Source: Candidatus Omnitrophota bacterium (lineage in GTDB: Bacteria; Omnitrophota; Gorgyraeia; JAFGHF01). Taken from it: a DNA stretch of 64,000 nucleotides. Under the pieces are notes generated by a model, which did no database searches, was not told the origin of the DNA, and worked only from the letters and a program-made list of their open reading frames with translations. Numbering within the stretch: position 1 is the stretch's first letter; the number at the start of each line of letters is the position of its first letter. Location: NCBI GenBank assembly GCA_042571705.1, contig JBHPFV010000005.1, positions 4,628 through 68,627 on the forward strand, given 5' to 3'. Shown piece by piece: positions 44,601 to 52,400 of the stretch. Made by a program: the position numbers and the translations under genes.

Positions 44601-46821
44601 GGAAGTTTTTATTGAGTCATTGCGTGTAATTAAGTCTGGCGGAAGGCTTGCTGTAGGAACTTATGGATGGTTATCAGAATTAAAGACCGCAGAGGAAGTG
44701 ATGCGTAGGGTATTGGCCAGGCCTGAATGGAAAGGTGTCCAATTAACGGAAGAATGGGCAGTAGATTATAAAGAAAGTTTACATTTCAGAGCAAGAATAT
44801 ATAAAGTTATCTTCCCGGAAGACACCTTTTTAAGACAGAAGAACCCAGCCGGTGTTGACTTTAGAGGAATAGAATCAAAAGGAGAAAGCAAGGCGGACTT
44901 CGGCCAGGATAGGTCTGCCGGTATAGGTGGGCGCTCCGAACCAAGTGAAGTAAAATCTAAACAAGCAATAACTGCTGTTATCAAGACCGATCAGGGAGAA
45001 ATAGATGTTACTCGAGCAGCTATGGAGGGTATTCAAAATTTTGCTCGAGCGCAATTTATAACTTTGGCCAGGGATATTACTTCTCTGTGTAAAATTACAA
45101 AGAAAGAGCATGAAGATGGAAAAACATTATATGCAATCGTGATTTCACATCCCCTAGATGTAAGCATATACACAGAACTTATTATTGATGATTCAGATTA
45201 CAGATTTTTTAAAGGTCGCAGGATTATGCGCGGAGCAGAGTACCCTATACCCAGAGAAGAAATAGAAGAGGAAGCAGTAGATCATAATACAAGAAAAATA
45301 AACATAGTTGCCCCAGGAGTGCTGGAAGCTATACAGACAGAAATCACATTCTCCGTTGCCGAAGGTGTTCCTGTATTGCTGGTTACAGAACAGAAAAGAA
45401 GGATAAACAGGGAACTCCACGGCGCAGCAATTATAAAAAAGGATATCGATAGCGGCAGAAATAGATTAGAAAAAATTACCCCCAAAACACAGGGGCAAAT
45501 CTTTAGCGTCAGCGCGTTTGCAAAGGAAGGTCAATCTCCCGAAGAGGCAAAAGAAAAAAGCGATAACTTTCTTAAGTCATTCATGATGGTGTTATCTGAA
45601 AAACATATACTTTCCAAAGCTTATTTATCATTAGAAGATGGAGAGGTACAACTTGTTGTACAAACAAGTCTGCCTAAAATATTTAAACTTTCACACTTCT
45701 CAGTTTATCATAAATTGTCGGAACTGCTAACAGACGAGGCAGTTGTTGATTTGTTCGGTCGTCAATATTTAAATAAGCGAGAGGAGATCACGGATGACAA
45801 TATAACAGGGAAGCTTAAACAGGTGCAAATAATTGATATAAAACGTGTTGGCTATTGGGGCACTTTTGCGACCCCATATTACACTGGGTATTCTAGAGAA
45901 TCGATATTTAGGGAAGACAGTAGAGCGTATACAAAAGATGACCAAGATTTTGTGGCTTTTCTGCATATGCATCCAAAAGGTTCCGGGCCTGAATATTTTT
46001 ATAAACTACGACCCTTATGGAATGATGAGGTCATTGGAGATTTTATCAAAAATAATTATGCTGATATTTCATCTATCCCCTCGTCTGGTGACCTCAGGGG
46101 ATGGTATGAGGAAATCGATGAGCAAATGATGGCTACTCCTACAGGCGGATTATTCTTCCCAATGAGGGGGATTGTTTACCATAGATTAGTCGTGCATGGT
46201 AGCGGAGATGATTTGGACGCTGACGCTGAAGATAAAGCATCCTTTATGTTTTATCAGATTCCAGAAACAACCAAGAAACGGGAGGAATGGTTAACACTCA
46301 TAAAAAGATATGACCAATTACTAGGCCGCAAAGATGATATAGGTAGTTACAGACAGACTATTCAAAGAGTTATTGAATTGTGCAGGAAATATCAAGTAAA
46401 ACCTGAAGTTCTGAAACAGGATAAATTGCTCGATAATCAATTCGAAGGCGATATAGACGAGATATCTCCTGAAGTATTTGCTAGGGTATGGGACCAAGGG
46501 ATAGGAATCAATATTAAGGAAATCCTACAAAAATGCGATATCCGTTGGCCAGCAGGAGAAAGATTATCTGCAGGACAAGAAGGTCTTAGTGAAGTAGTTA
46601 TGGATGCAGATGAGAGTGGCGGATATATAATTTGCAATGGCAGAAGGTCACATTTTGAGAAAGTGCCTGGCCAGTCTTATTATGTTATTTCTGGCGCAGG
46701 CTCGATTTCAGAAATACAGCTTTTGGAAAGTCTTGAAAAATTTAAACAAGATAATGAGACAGATAATACTGATTTCGGAGGTGTCGACTTTAGAAAAATA
46801 GAGATTAAAAAGGAAGAATGA
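41683..46821 (+). CDS. Giant (1712 aa) N-terminally membrane-anchored multidomain protein of unknown function
   Basis: Uninterrupted 5.1-kb ORF. TM anchor (WIWLCSLLAIFFIFIIVSY). HEVKH at aa 650-654. Methyltransferase-fold-like segment at aa ~870-1000. HMH...SSGD segment at aa 1428-1470. No family that I can name. Confidence 0.85.
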   Translation: MRKRSPKRRQDASWIWLCSLLAIFFIFIIVSYGRGSLRANGSYQKTVSQVAESIKLTPYTPPTLKSLIVHPESTDNYFDFILDTQEEPVEDEDSLEPIAKELIDYFFLGITLPSDDLWVNLNSVRQNAITSPRLALTDIGKVLLEADLTLKKDCCRFTDPRTKTGKEYWGKLQARLNEANLSTSQLPIGNRFWIIPEEAVVEENSDNHTVTIVKSKLKVCLQQEYLELQNNQVTLLSDQNQHPQARLAQDIADFTMKEVILPAIQEEVNYGKAYAKLRQVYNSLILAEYYKQKYHHGQGLYPKLINRAHIQGLESNEPWNTQDFYQAYVKSAQEGEYKLTQQEYDPYLASMVQKYYFYGGVLISKLRDVLQRRVKDSSSAMQKQAEALRIEIDKDAEGRYWYVRNYTQPQSPWKTIIKIFRGKKPKDQVEFAGRPIESSEKYRLKQILEKFESESNVVPSYDESSYVSILSDELCHNVGWDSFIASHLDNNFLIRESAFKNDNLLTITLLLPNQFRWEHSLDSLRALNEKLMTFGLYVDSKGTLYEIEDKGLVDTDQGAVEVLYVHLIDKYPDGEKRSGGFSSHSDNRIVICRDAIKRQVTEIKQVLNSMTSVDISKGAKLVGIALLKKGLGSSDFKECCRLVEQGILLHEVKHEVCRRMLGGQAKVKWPVLDEEFAELYTIRNAEEPFHILANLVGKIAVQQELTEEEARERQAAVNVLIRLSKLRNMDVFPWLSFMVERGTKEDLNDAARVAYVDSEEVWIEQYAKLGHQFGGPSGGLHAGEVEPAIRRILKADPGLADKSAEELLEHLKQHHEGIFDAVDKAKRIEQVQNILDIKRNSLRQFQYLTEKDENWPLILTFFQDLGVQQNYNIAHVGVHAQSNMAIAAAYLEAHYTGYELDLENFSRNQEYISQLLNTPQVAKELPGTIKYLQGEFSSGEKSQSKSFGQRSQDVVLIISGALSDPYYPVSDPEEVFIESLRVIKSGGRLAVGTYGWLSELKTAEEVMRRVLARPEWKGVQLTEEWAVDYKESLHFRARIYKVIFPEDTFLRQKNPAGVDFRGIESKGESKADFGQDRSAGIGGRSEPSEVKSKQAITAVIKTDQGEIDVTRAAMEGIQNFARAQFITLARDITSLCKITKKEHEDGKTLYAIVISHPLDVSIYTELIIDDSDYRFFKGRRIMRGAEYPIPREEIEEEAVDHNTRKINIVAPGVLEAIQTEITFSVAEGVPVLLVTEQKRRINRELHGAAIIKKDIDSGRNRLEKITPKTQGQIFSVSAFAKEGQSPEEAKEKSDNFLKSFMMVLSEKHILSKAYLSLEDGEVQLVVQTSLPKIFKLSHFSVYHKLSELLTDEAVVDLFGRQYLNKREEITDDNITGKLKQVQIIDIKRVGYWGTFATPYYTGYSRESIFREDSRAYTKDDQDFVAFLHMHPKGSGPEYFYKLRPLWNDEVIGDFIKNNYADISSIPSSGDLRGWYEEIDEQMMATPTGGLFFPMRGIVYHRLVVHGSGDDLDADAEDKASFMFYQIPETTKKREEWLTLIKRYDQLLGRKDDIGSYRQTIQRVIELCRKYQVKPEVLKQDKLLDNQFEGDIDEISPEVFARVWDQGIGINIKEILQKCDIRWPAGERLSAGQEGLSEVVMDADESGGYIICNGRRSHFEKVPGQSYYVISGAGSISEIQLLESLEKFKQDNETDNTDFGGVDFRKIEIKKEE

Positions 46822-46914
46822 GGCGGGCCCAAACGCCCAAGGCCCTGATTGCCTTCAGAGGCCTCGCGTCTATCTTGATGGGTCCGCTTCGTCTCCTTTT
46901 AGTTGTTTTCTAAC

Positions 46915-46935
46915 TGGCACAAATCTGGCACAGAC
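46915..46935. repeat. 21-nt direct repeat TGGCACAAATCTGGCACAGAC (copy 4)
   Basis: Identical to copy 1. Lies 69 nt from the tRNA 3' end. Confidence 0.8.
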
Positions 46936-46943
46936 ATAAAATA

Positions 46944-46974
46944 AGCCGTTGTAAGTATCATCATTACAACGGCT
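46944..46974 (-). terminator. Rho-independent terminator of tRNA-Leu
   Basis: On the minus strand: aagccgttgtaa-loop-ttacaacggctt followed by a T-rich run, directly after the tRNA CCA end. Confidence 0.7.
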
Positions 46975-46983
46975 TTGTTATTT

Positions 46984-47070
46984 TGGTGCCGAAGCGGGGA
47001 TTCGAACCCCGACGAGATTGCTCTCACAACGCCCTGAACGTTGCGTGTCTGCCAGTTTCACCACTTCGGC
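46984..47070 (-). tRNA. tRNA-Leu(CAG), type II (long variable arm), CCA encoded
   Basis: The minus strand reads GCCGAAGTGGTGAAACTGGCAGACACGCAACGTTCAGGGCGTTGTGAGAGCAATCTCGTCGGGGTTCGAATCCCCGCTTCGGCACCA. Acceptor GCCGAAG/CTTCGGC. Anticodon stem CAACG/CGTTG with loop TTCAGGG. T-arm CGGGG-TTCGAAT-CCCCG. Confidence 0.9.
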
Positions 47071-47694
47071 CTAATTTAGAAATTGTTCAATTAATTTACG
47101 TTTACGCTGAAGACAGGGAATATTTTTGTTGTAGTAGATTGCATTTAATAGAGTTATTGATGCTGTTTTAGCATATCTGAGTTCATAAGCCCCAGAAACT
47201 TTTCCTATGAATCCGTCAACTCGAAATAAGCTTTTAATGCGCGATTTTAACCATTTAAGATGTTTTAGGCTGCCTGAGAAAAAACGCGTGTATAGTCGTT
47301 GACTATTAGGATATACTGCATCTTGAAAAACAGAGAGGCTTCCGTCTCCATCAATATACCCTCGTAAGTAATCACTCAAGTATTCGTCTGGTATAGATAA
47401 CTTAGATATAGTCTTGCTCTTCTTTGGGGTCAATCCTATCTGCTGAAGCCACCTATATAAATTTACATTCCCAAATTGGACAAAATAGTACTTTTTGGTT
47501 TTTGTGTATCCACTTGCCTTTAAACTTATCCTATTGTTTATTCCTAGGCAACGCTTGAAGGTATTAATTTGTTCTATGTCTTTAGATACCAATACCATAT
47601 GTCTACCGTCAGATGATAGATTACCATCTGTTGCCAATAGCCCGACCGCATAAGCTAGGTCATGTCTCCAAATTATTTCTGTTTTATTCCTCAT
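47071..47694 (-). CDS. Free-standing double-motif LAGLIDADG homing-endonuclease-family protein
   Basis: Motif 1 LAYAVGLLATDGNL and motif 2 YLRGYIDGDGSL, about 100 aa apart. The stop codon (47071-47073) directly abuts the tRNA 5' end (47070). Confidence 0.85.
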   Translation of the reverse strand: MRNKTEIIWRHDLAYAVGLLATDGNLSSDGRHMVLVSKDIEQINTFKRCLGINNRISLKASGYTKTKKYYFVQFGNVNLYRWLQQIGLTPKKSKTISKLSIPDEYLSDYLRGYIDGDGSLSVFQDAVYPNSQRLYTRFFSGSLKHLKWLKSRIKSLFRVDGFIGKVSGAYELRYAKTASITLLNAIYYNKNIPCLQRKRKLIEQFLN

Positions 47695-47704
47695 GGGTAT
47701 AATT

Positions 47705-47733
47705 AGTATATAGGAAAATTGCTAGAGTGTCAA
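47705..47733 (-). promoter_or_regulatory. Sigma-70 promoter TTGACA-17-TATACT for the LAGLIDADG gene
   Basis: On the minus strand: ttgaca (47733-47728), 17-nt spacer, tatact (47710-47705). Confidence 0.6.
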
Positions 47734-47794
47734 CAGTTTACGGTCCTAATCCTTGATTTTTCCTCTTCGCTGTGCTATATTAAGAGTCTGTGAA

Positions 47795-48250
47795 ATGGAC
47801 GAAAAGATACTGGCCCAAAATAAGGCTGCCCAGCGGGATTACCACATTCTCGAGATCTATGAGGCAGGGATTGAGCTCAAAGGCACAGAGGTTAAGTCGC
47901 TCAGAGCCGCTCAGGCTAATCTGAAAGATAGCTTTGCCAGGATTAGGGACTCGGAGGTCTTTTTGTTCAATATGCATATTAGCCCCTATGAATTTGGCAA
48001 TCTCGCTAATGTTGAGCCCAAGCGAGAACGCCGGCTTTTGTTACATAAAGCTCAGATTAGGAGATTACTAGGCCAGACTACTGTTAAGGGGTATGCGCTG
48101 GTCCCCTTGAAGGCTTACCTGAAGAAGGGCAGGGTCAAGATCGAATTGGCCCTGGTTAAAGGCAAGCGCTTATATGATAAGCGCCAGGATATTAAAAGAC
48201 GCGAAGATGCTCGTGAGGTACAACGGGCTTTACGTTTTAAAAACCGTTAA
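47795..48250 (+). CDS. smpB: SsrA-binding protein SmpB
   Basis: AQNKAAQRDYHILEIYEAGIELKGTEVKSLR and RERRLLLHK motifs. The ORF opens at 47753; Met 47795 gives the canonical N-terminus. Confidence 0.9.
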   Translation: MDEKILAQNKAAQRDYHILEIYEAGIELKGTEVKSLRAAQANLKDSFARIRDSEVFLFNMHISPYEFGNLANVEPKRERRLLLHKAQIRRLLGQTTVKGYALVPLKAYLKKGRVKIELALVKGKRLYDKRQDIKRREDAREVQRALRFKNR

Positions 48251-48267
48251 CCAGATAGCTAAAAAAC

Positions 48268-48651
48268 GGGGGTGACAGGCTTCGATCTGGATTGATCGAG
48301 GTGAGAGTGGCATGTGGAGGTTGTCAGGTGGCCTCCTTAAAAACCTGGCACGTTACAAACGCAAACTCAAACAGAGTTGCACGCGCCAGCCTTCCTGCTG
48401 GCGTGCTAGTTCCAGTCCTCAGCTAAAAAGCTGAGGCCTCCATTAGTCTTGCCTACGGGGCTAAATGGAGCATAAGTAGGATAGCCGGGTAGCTTTAGCT
48501 TTTGGGGTACTTGGCGAATTTTAAAAAGCTTTTCTTTTCCTGATCCCGCTTACCGGAGCTGGGAAAGAGAACTTAAAAAGGTAAGCTAAACATGTAGAGG
48601 CTCCTGCTGCGATGTCCAGGGACGCGAGTTCGATTCTCGCCACCTCCACCA
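48268..48651 (+). ncRNA. ssrA: tmRNA (SsrA)
   Basis: The 5' GGGGGTGAC pairs with the 3' ..CACCTCCACCA, giving a G3:U pair. tRNA-like T-arm GCGAGTTCGATTCTCGC. Located immediately after smpB. The candidate tag ORF is 48361-48426 (ANSNRVARASLPAGVLVPVLS*) with its stop in a hairpin loop, but the frame is not certain. Confidence 0.9.
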
Positions 48652-48681
48652 TCTTGACCAATTCGCACTTTTTCTCTTCAC

Positions 48682-48718
48682 CATTGCGAGAAGCTAGCAA
48701 AGCGAGCGACGAAGTATC
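48682..48718. repeat. Short palindromic dispersed repeat (cattgcgag..gcgagcgacgaag type)
   Basis: cattgcgagaagctagcaaagcgagcgacgaagtatc. Related copies in the opposite orientation lie at 61268-61311 and 61447-61484. Confidence 0.6.
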
Positions 48719-48866
48719 TGTAATTTAGAGATCTAAATCCTTTGGCCACTATATACAATAGTGGTCCTTTTTTTGTCTTTTGGGCAAGTTAAAATTGGCT
48801 TATAATGTACGTAACATATTGAAATACAATGAGATGAGGTTAATTGTTAAAATTTTAAAAAAATAC

Positions 48867-48895
48867 TTGACAAGTTAATAGTTGAGTGGTAAACT
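48867..48895 (+). promoter_or_regulatory. Sigma-70 promoter TTGACA-17-TAAACT upstream of the MarR gene
   Basis: ttgaca at 48867-48872, taaact at 48890-48895. Preceded by an A-tract. Confidence 0.55.
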
Positions 48896-48919
48896 ATATT
48901 GTAGGGAGGTAAGGTGACG

Positions 48920-49402
48920 ATGAGCATATTTAGAGAATTAGGTATTCGCTCCGGTAAAGACAGGTTAAACGAGGAAGTAGTATATAATATTGCACGTTCT
49001 TATGTATACGTTGAACAGGCTATTTCTAATTTCCTTACTAAATATAATTTAAGTTCTGCTAAGTTTAATATCCTTCTTATGGCCAAACATAGAGGGGAGG
49101 ATAAAGGTTTACCACAGCGTGAAATTTCAAGATTGCTTTTAGTGACTACTTCTAACATAACTCGTATGGTTGATAAGCTTGAAAAAGAGAGCTATGTTGA
49201 GCGTTTAGCTAAAGAAGGTGACAGAAGAGTTAATTTAATTAAGATTACGGAAAAAGGCGCAACTCTATTGGACGAAATCTGGCCGCATTATAAAGTAATG
49301 GTTGATAAGCTTGTTGCTTCTCCATTATCTGCTCAGGATAAGCTGACAATAATTAGCTTATTAGAGAAGTTCAAATGTGAGAACACGGAGAATAAATCGT
49401 GA
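48920..49402 (+). CDS. MarR-family transcriptional regulator
   Basis: Winged HTH (LPQREISRLLLVTTSNITRMVDKLEKESYVERLAKEGDRRVNLIKITEKG). A GGGAGG RBS lies 10 nt before ATG 48920; the ORF opens at GTG 48914. Confidence 0.85.
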   Translation: MSIFRELGIRSGKDRLNEEVVYNIARSYVYVEQAISNFLTKYNLSSAKFNILLMAKHRGEDKGLPQREISRLLLVTTSNITRMVDKLEKESYVERLAKEGDRRVNLIKITEKGATLLDEIWPHYKVMVDKLVASPLSAQDKLTIISLLEKFKCENTENKS

Positions 49403-52400
49403 GAAGATCACTTAGCCAAAGAGGCTTTAAGGCACTTTTGGCAACACAGTTTTTAGGCGCTTTTAATGATAACGCGTTTAAATTAATAGTTTCTCTTTTT
49501 GCAGTCAATTTGTTTGTTCAACAACGCGGAGGCACAGAGTATCTTTCACTTCCGGCAGCTATTTTTATACTCCCATTTTTGCTCTTTTCAACCTATGCGG
49601 GATTTGTTGCAGATAGAGTGTCCAAGCATAAGATTATTATTTGGACAAAAGTCCTTGAATTAATAGTTATGGTGCTTGGGTTTGCAGCATTAAGCGTAGG
49701 AAATATATGGGCAATACTCGTTGTTCTCTTTTTAATGGGGCTGCAGAGTACTTTTTTTGGTCCTGCTAAATACGGAATTCTTCCTGAAATGCTCGATGAT
49801 GAAGACTTATCCGAGGGTAATGGCGCTATCCAATTATGGACTTATGTGGCCATTATATCTGGTATGGCCTTTGGAGGATATATTTTTTACGTAACAAAAA
49901 ACAATCTTGGCCGTGCCGCATTATTCTTTATTGCAATCTCAATTTTAGGGATCATCACTAGCTTTTTTGTGACCAGAGTGCGTTCGTCTGGTTCGCGAAG
50001 GCGATTTGAATGGAATTTCCCTGCAGAGATTCTAAAGAATATTAAGAGAATCGCTTTGGTTAAAGCAATCTGGCTTTCAATAGTTGGGCTTGTGTATTTT
50101 GGTTTACTTGCTTCTATTTTTCAATTGAATATCCTGATTTATGCACAGAAAATCATGCGGGTCAATGAGCTTTATACAGGGTTTCTTTTAACTTTATTGG
50201 CGTTGGGCGTTGGTGTTGGCAGTATTGTTGCCGGTAAAATCTCAGCGAAAAAGGTGGAATTTGGATTTGTACCTTTAGGTTCGCTTGGTTTGAGTTTATT
50301 CTCAATATTACTGGGCTTTACTTATTCTTCCTATGCTATTACAGCAATTTGCCTTTTTATTTTTGGCGTTAGCGCAGGGTTCTATATCGTCCCATTAAAT
50401 ACATATATCCAACAGCAAAGTCCACAGGACAGGCGCGGGCAAGTATTGGCAACATTAAATTTTCTTTCTTTCCTGGCCGTTCTTATGGGTACTGGGATCA
50501 TTTTTGTGCTTCGAGAATGGATAGAACTAAATGCGGCTAGGATATTTTTTGTTTCGGGGATTTGCTCTATTTTGGTTACAGCGTATATCTTTCGTGTCCA
50601 GCCTATTGCTTTTATACGTTTATTGAATTGGTTTTTTACTCATTCGTTTTATAAGATGAAAGTTGTTGGTACAGAAAACGTACCCAGAGAAGGCGGGGCG
50701 TTATTGGTATGTAATCACGTATCATTTATTGACCCTTTGCTTATTCAGGGCTCTCTGCAGCGTCCTATTCGTTTTCTGATCTGGAGAGCAGTATTTAAGT
50801 TGCGCGCATTTAATTCTATTTGCAGAATCATGAAAGTAATCCCGATCTCTTTCACGGACCAGGCAAAGACAATAGCAGAGTCTTTAGAAGAGGCGCGCAG
50901 GGCAATTAAACAAGGGGAATTAGTATGTATCTTTGCAGAAGGCCACCTTACCCGCACCGGGAATATGCTCAGTTTTAATCGAGGATTTGAGCATATTATG
51001 AAGGGAATAGAAGCGCCAATAATACCTATGTATATCGATCGTATGTGGGGAAGTATTTTTAGTTTTAAAGACGGAAGGCCTTTCTGGAAAATGCCAAAAA
51101 CGATACCCTATCCATTAACGTTGTGTTTTGGTAAGCCAATGGCTTCTGATTCAGAAGTACATCAGGTCAGGACATCTGTCCTGGAGTTGTCATCCGAAGC
51201 CTTTAAGCTAAGAGGTAGAGATCAGGAAAAATTGCATATTGCATTCGTTAATGAAGCAAAGAAACATCCTTTTAAATTCTGCATAGCTGATTCGACTAAA
51301 ATGAATTTGAATTACTTGCAGGCACTTGCGAGTGTTATGGTTATATCCAAAAAATTATTTCCATCAAGTAGCAAGTACCAGATAGGCGAAATGATTGGAA
51401 TTTTACTGCCGGCTTCATGTATTGCATCATTGACTAATGGGGCAACCTTATTTGCGGGTAAAATACCAGTTAATCTTAATTTTACTGCTTCAAAAGAGAG
51501 TATTGATTCCTCCATTAAACAATGCCAGATAAAGACAATTATTACATCTAGAAAGTTCCTTGAGAGATTAAAATGGGATATACAAGATAACATGGTTTTC
51601 GTAGAAGACCTGAAAACTAATATTTCTTCTTTTGATAAGATTACATCATTTCTGGCCGCACTACTGCTACCTAGGTGGGCAATACGAGCCTTATATATCA
51701 GAGGAGACAAACACAATATTAATGATGTGGCAACAGTAATTTTCTCAAGTGGGAGTACAGGAGAACCTAAAGGAATAATGCTTTCGCATGGGAATATTTT
51801 TTCAAATATAGAAGGATTCTATCAAGTTATGCATTTGGAGCCCGACGATATTATAGTTGGGGTGTTACCGTTCTTTCATTCATTTGGTTTTACAGCAACA
51901 TTATGTCTGCCCCCGGGATGCGGAATAGGAGCAGTCTATCATAATAATCCCTTAGATGCGGCAACAATCGGGAAGATAATACAGAAGTTTAAGGCTACTA
52001 TTTTGCTAGGCACGCCTACATTCTTTTCAGCGTATATTAAGAAATGCAGCGCAGAGCAATTTAAAAGTGTCCGCTATGCGCTTGCCGGAGCCGAAAAACT
52101 AAAACAAAATATTGCCGATGCCTTTAGCAAAAAATTTGGCATTATTCCCTTTGAAGGATATGGCGCTACTGAACTATCTCCAATTGTTTCTTTAGGGATT
52201 TCTGATCAAATCAATGAAGATGAGCGTTTAACTCAACCCGGATACAAACCTGGAAAAGTCGGTCAGCCTATTCCTGGGGTGGCGGCAAAGATAGTTGATC
52301 CCGATACTTTTAAGCTGCTACCTTATAATGAAGAGGGATTGTTGCTGATAAAGGGACCGAATGTTATGCTTGGATATTTGAATCAGCCAGAAAAGACAAA

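Larger units (their letters stand above)
41187..46983. mobile_element. Islet A (about 5.8 kb): single giant ORF cargo, adjacent to the intact tRNA-Leu
   Basis: Bounded by the tRNA 3'-end copy at 41169 and the intact tRNA at 46984. Its arm architecture is colinear with islet B. No recombinase gene. Confidence 0.6.

Noticed and set aside
30008-47003. Repeated hairpin modules as a CRISPR-like or integron attC array
   Set aside because: There are only four copies, spaced 1.4-9.7 kb apart. Each is fused to a tRNA 3' fragment, and no cas or intI genes are present. Serial tRNA-site integration explains the pattern better.
46983-47171. 62-aa + strand ORF overlapping the tRNA-Leu gene and the LAGLIDADG 3' end
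   Set aside because: It is the antisense reading of a tRNA and of a well-supported CDS, and is therefore spurious.
46984-47694. LAGLIDADG gene as part of a group I intron in tRNA-Leu
   Set aside because: The tRNA folds as a complete uninterrupted 87-nt type II tRNA. The endonuclease ORF lies entirely upstream of tRNA position +1.
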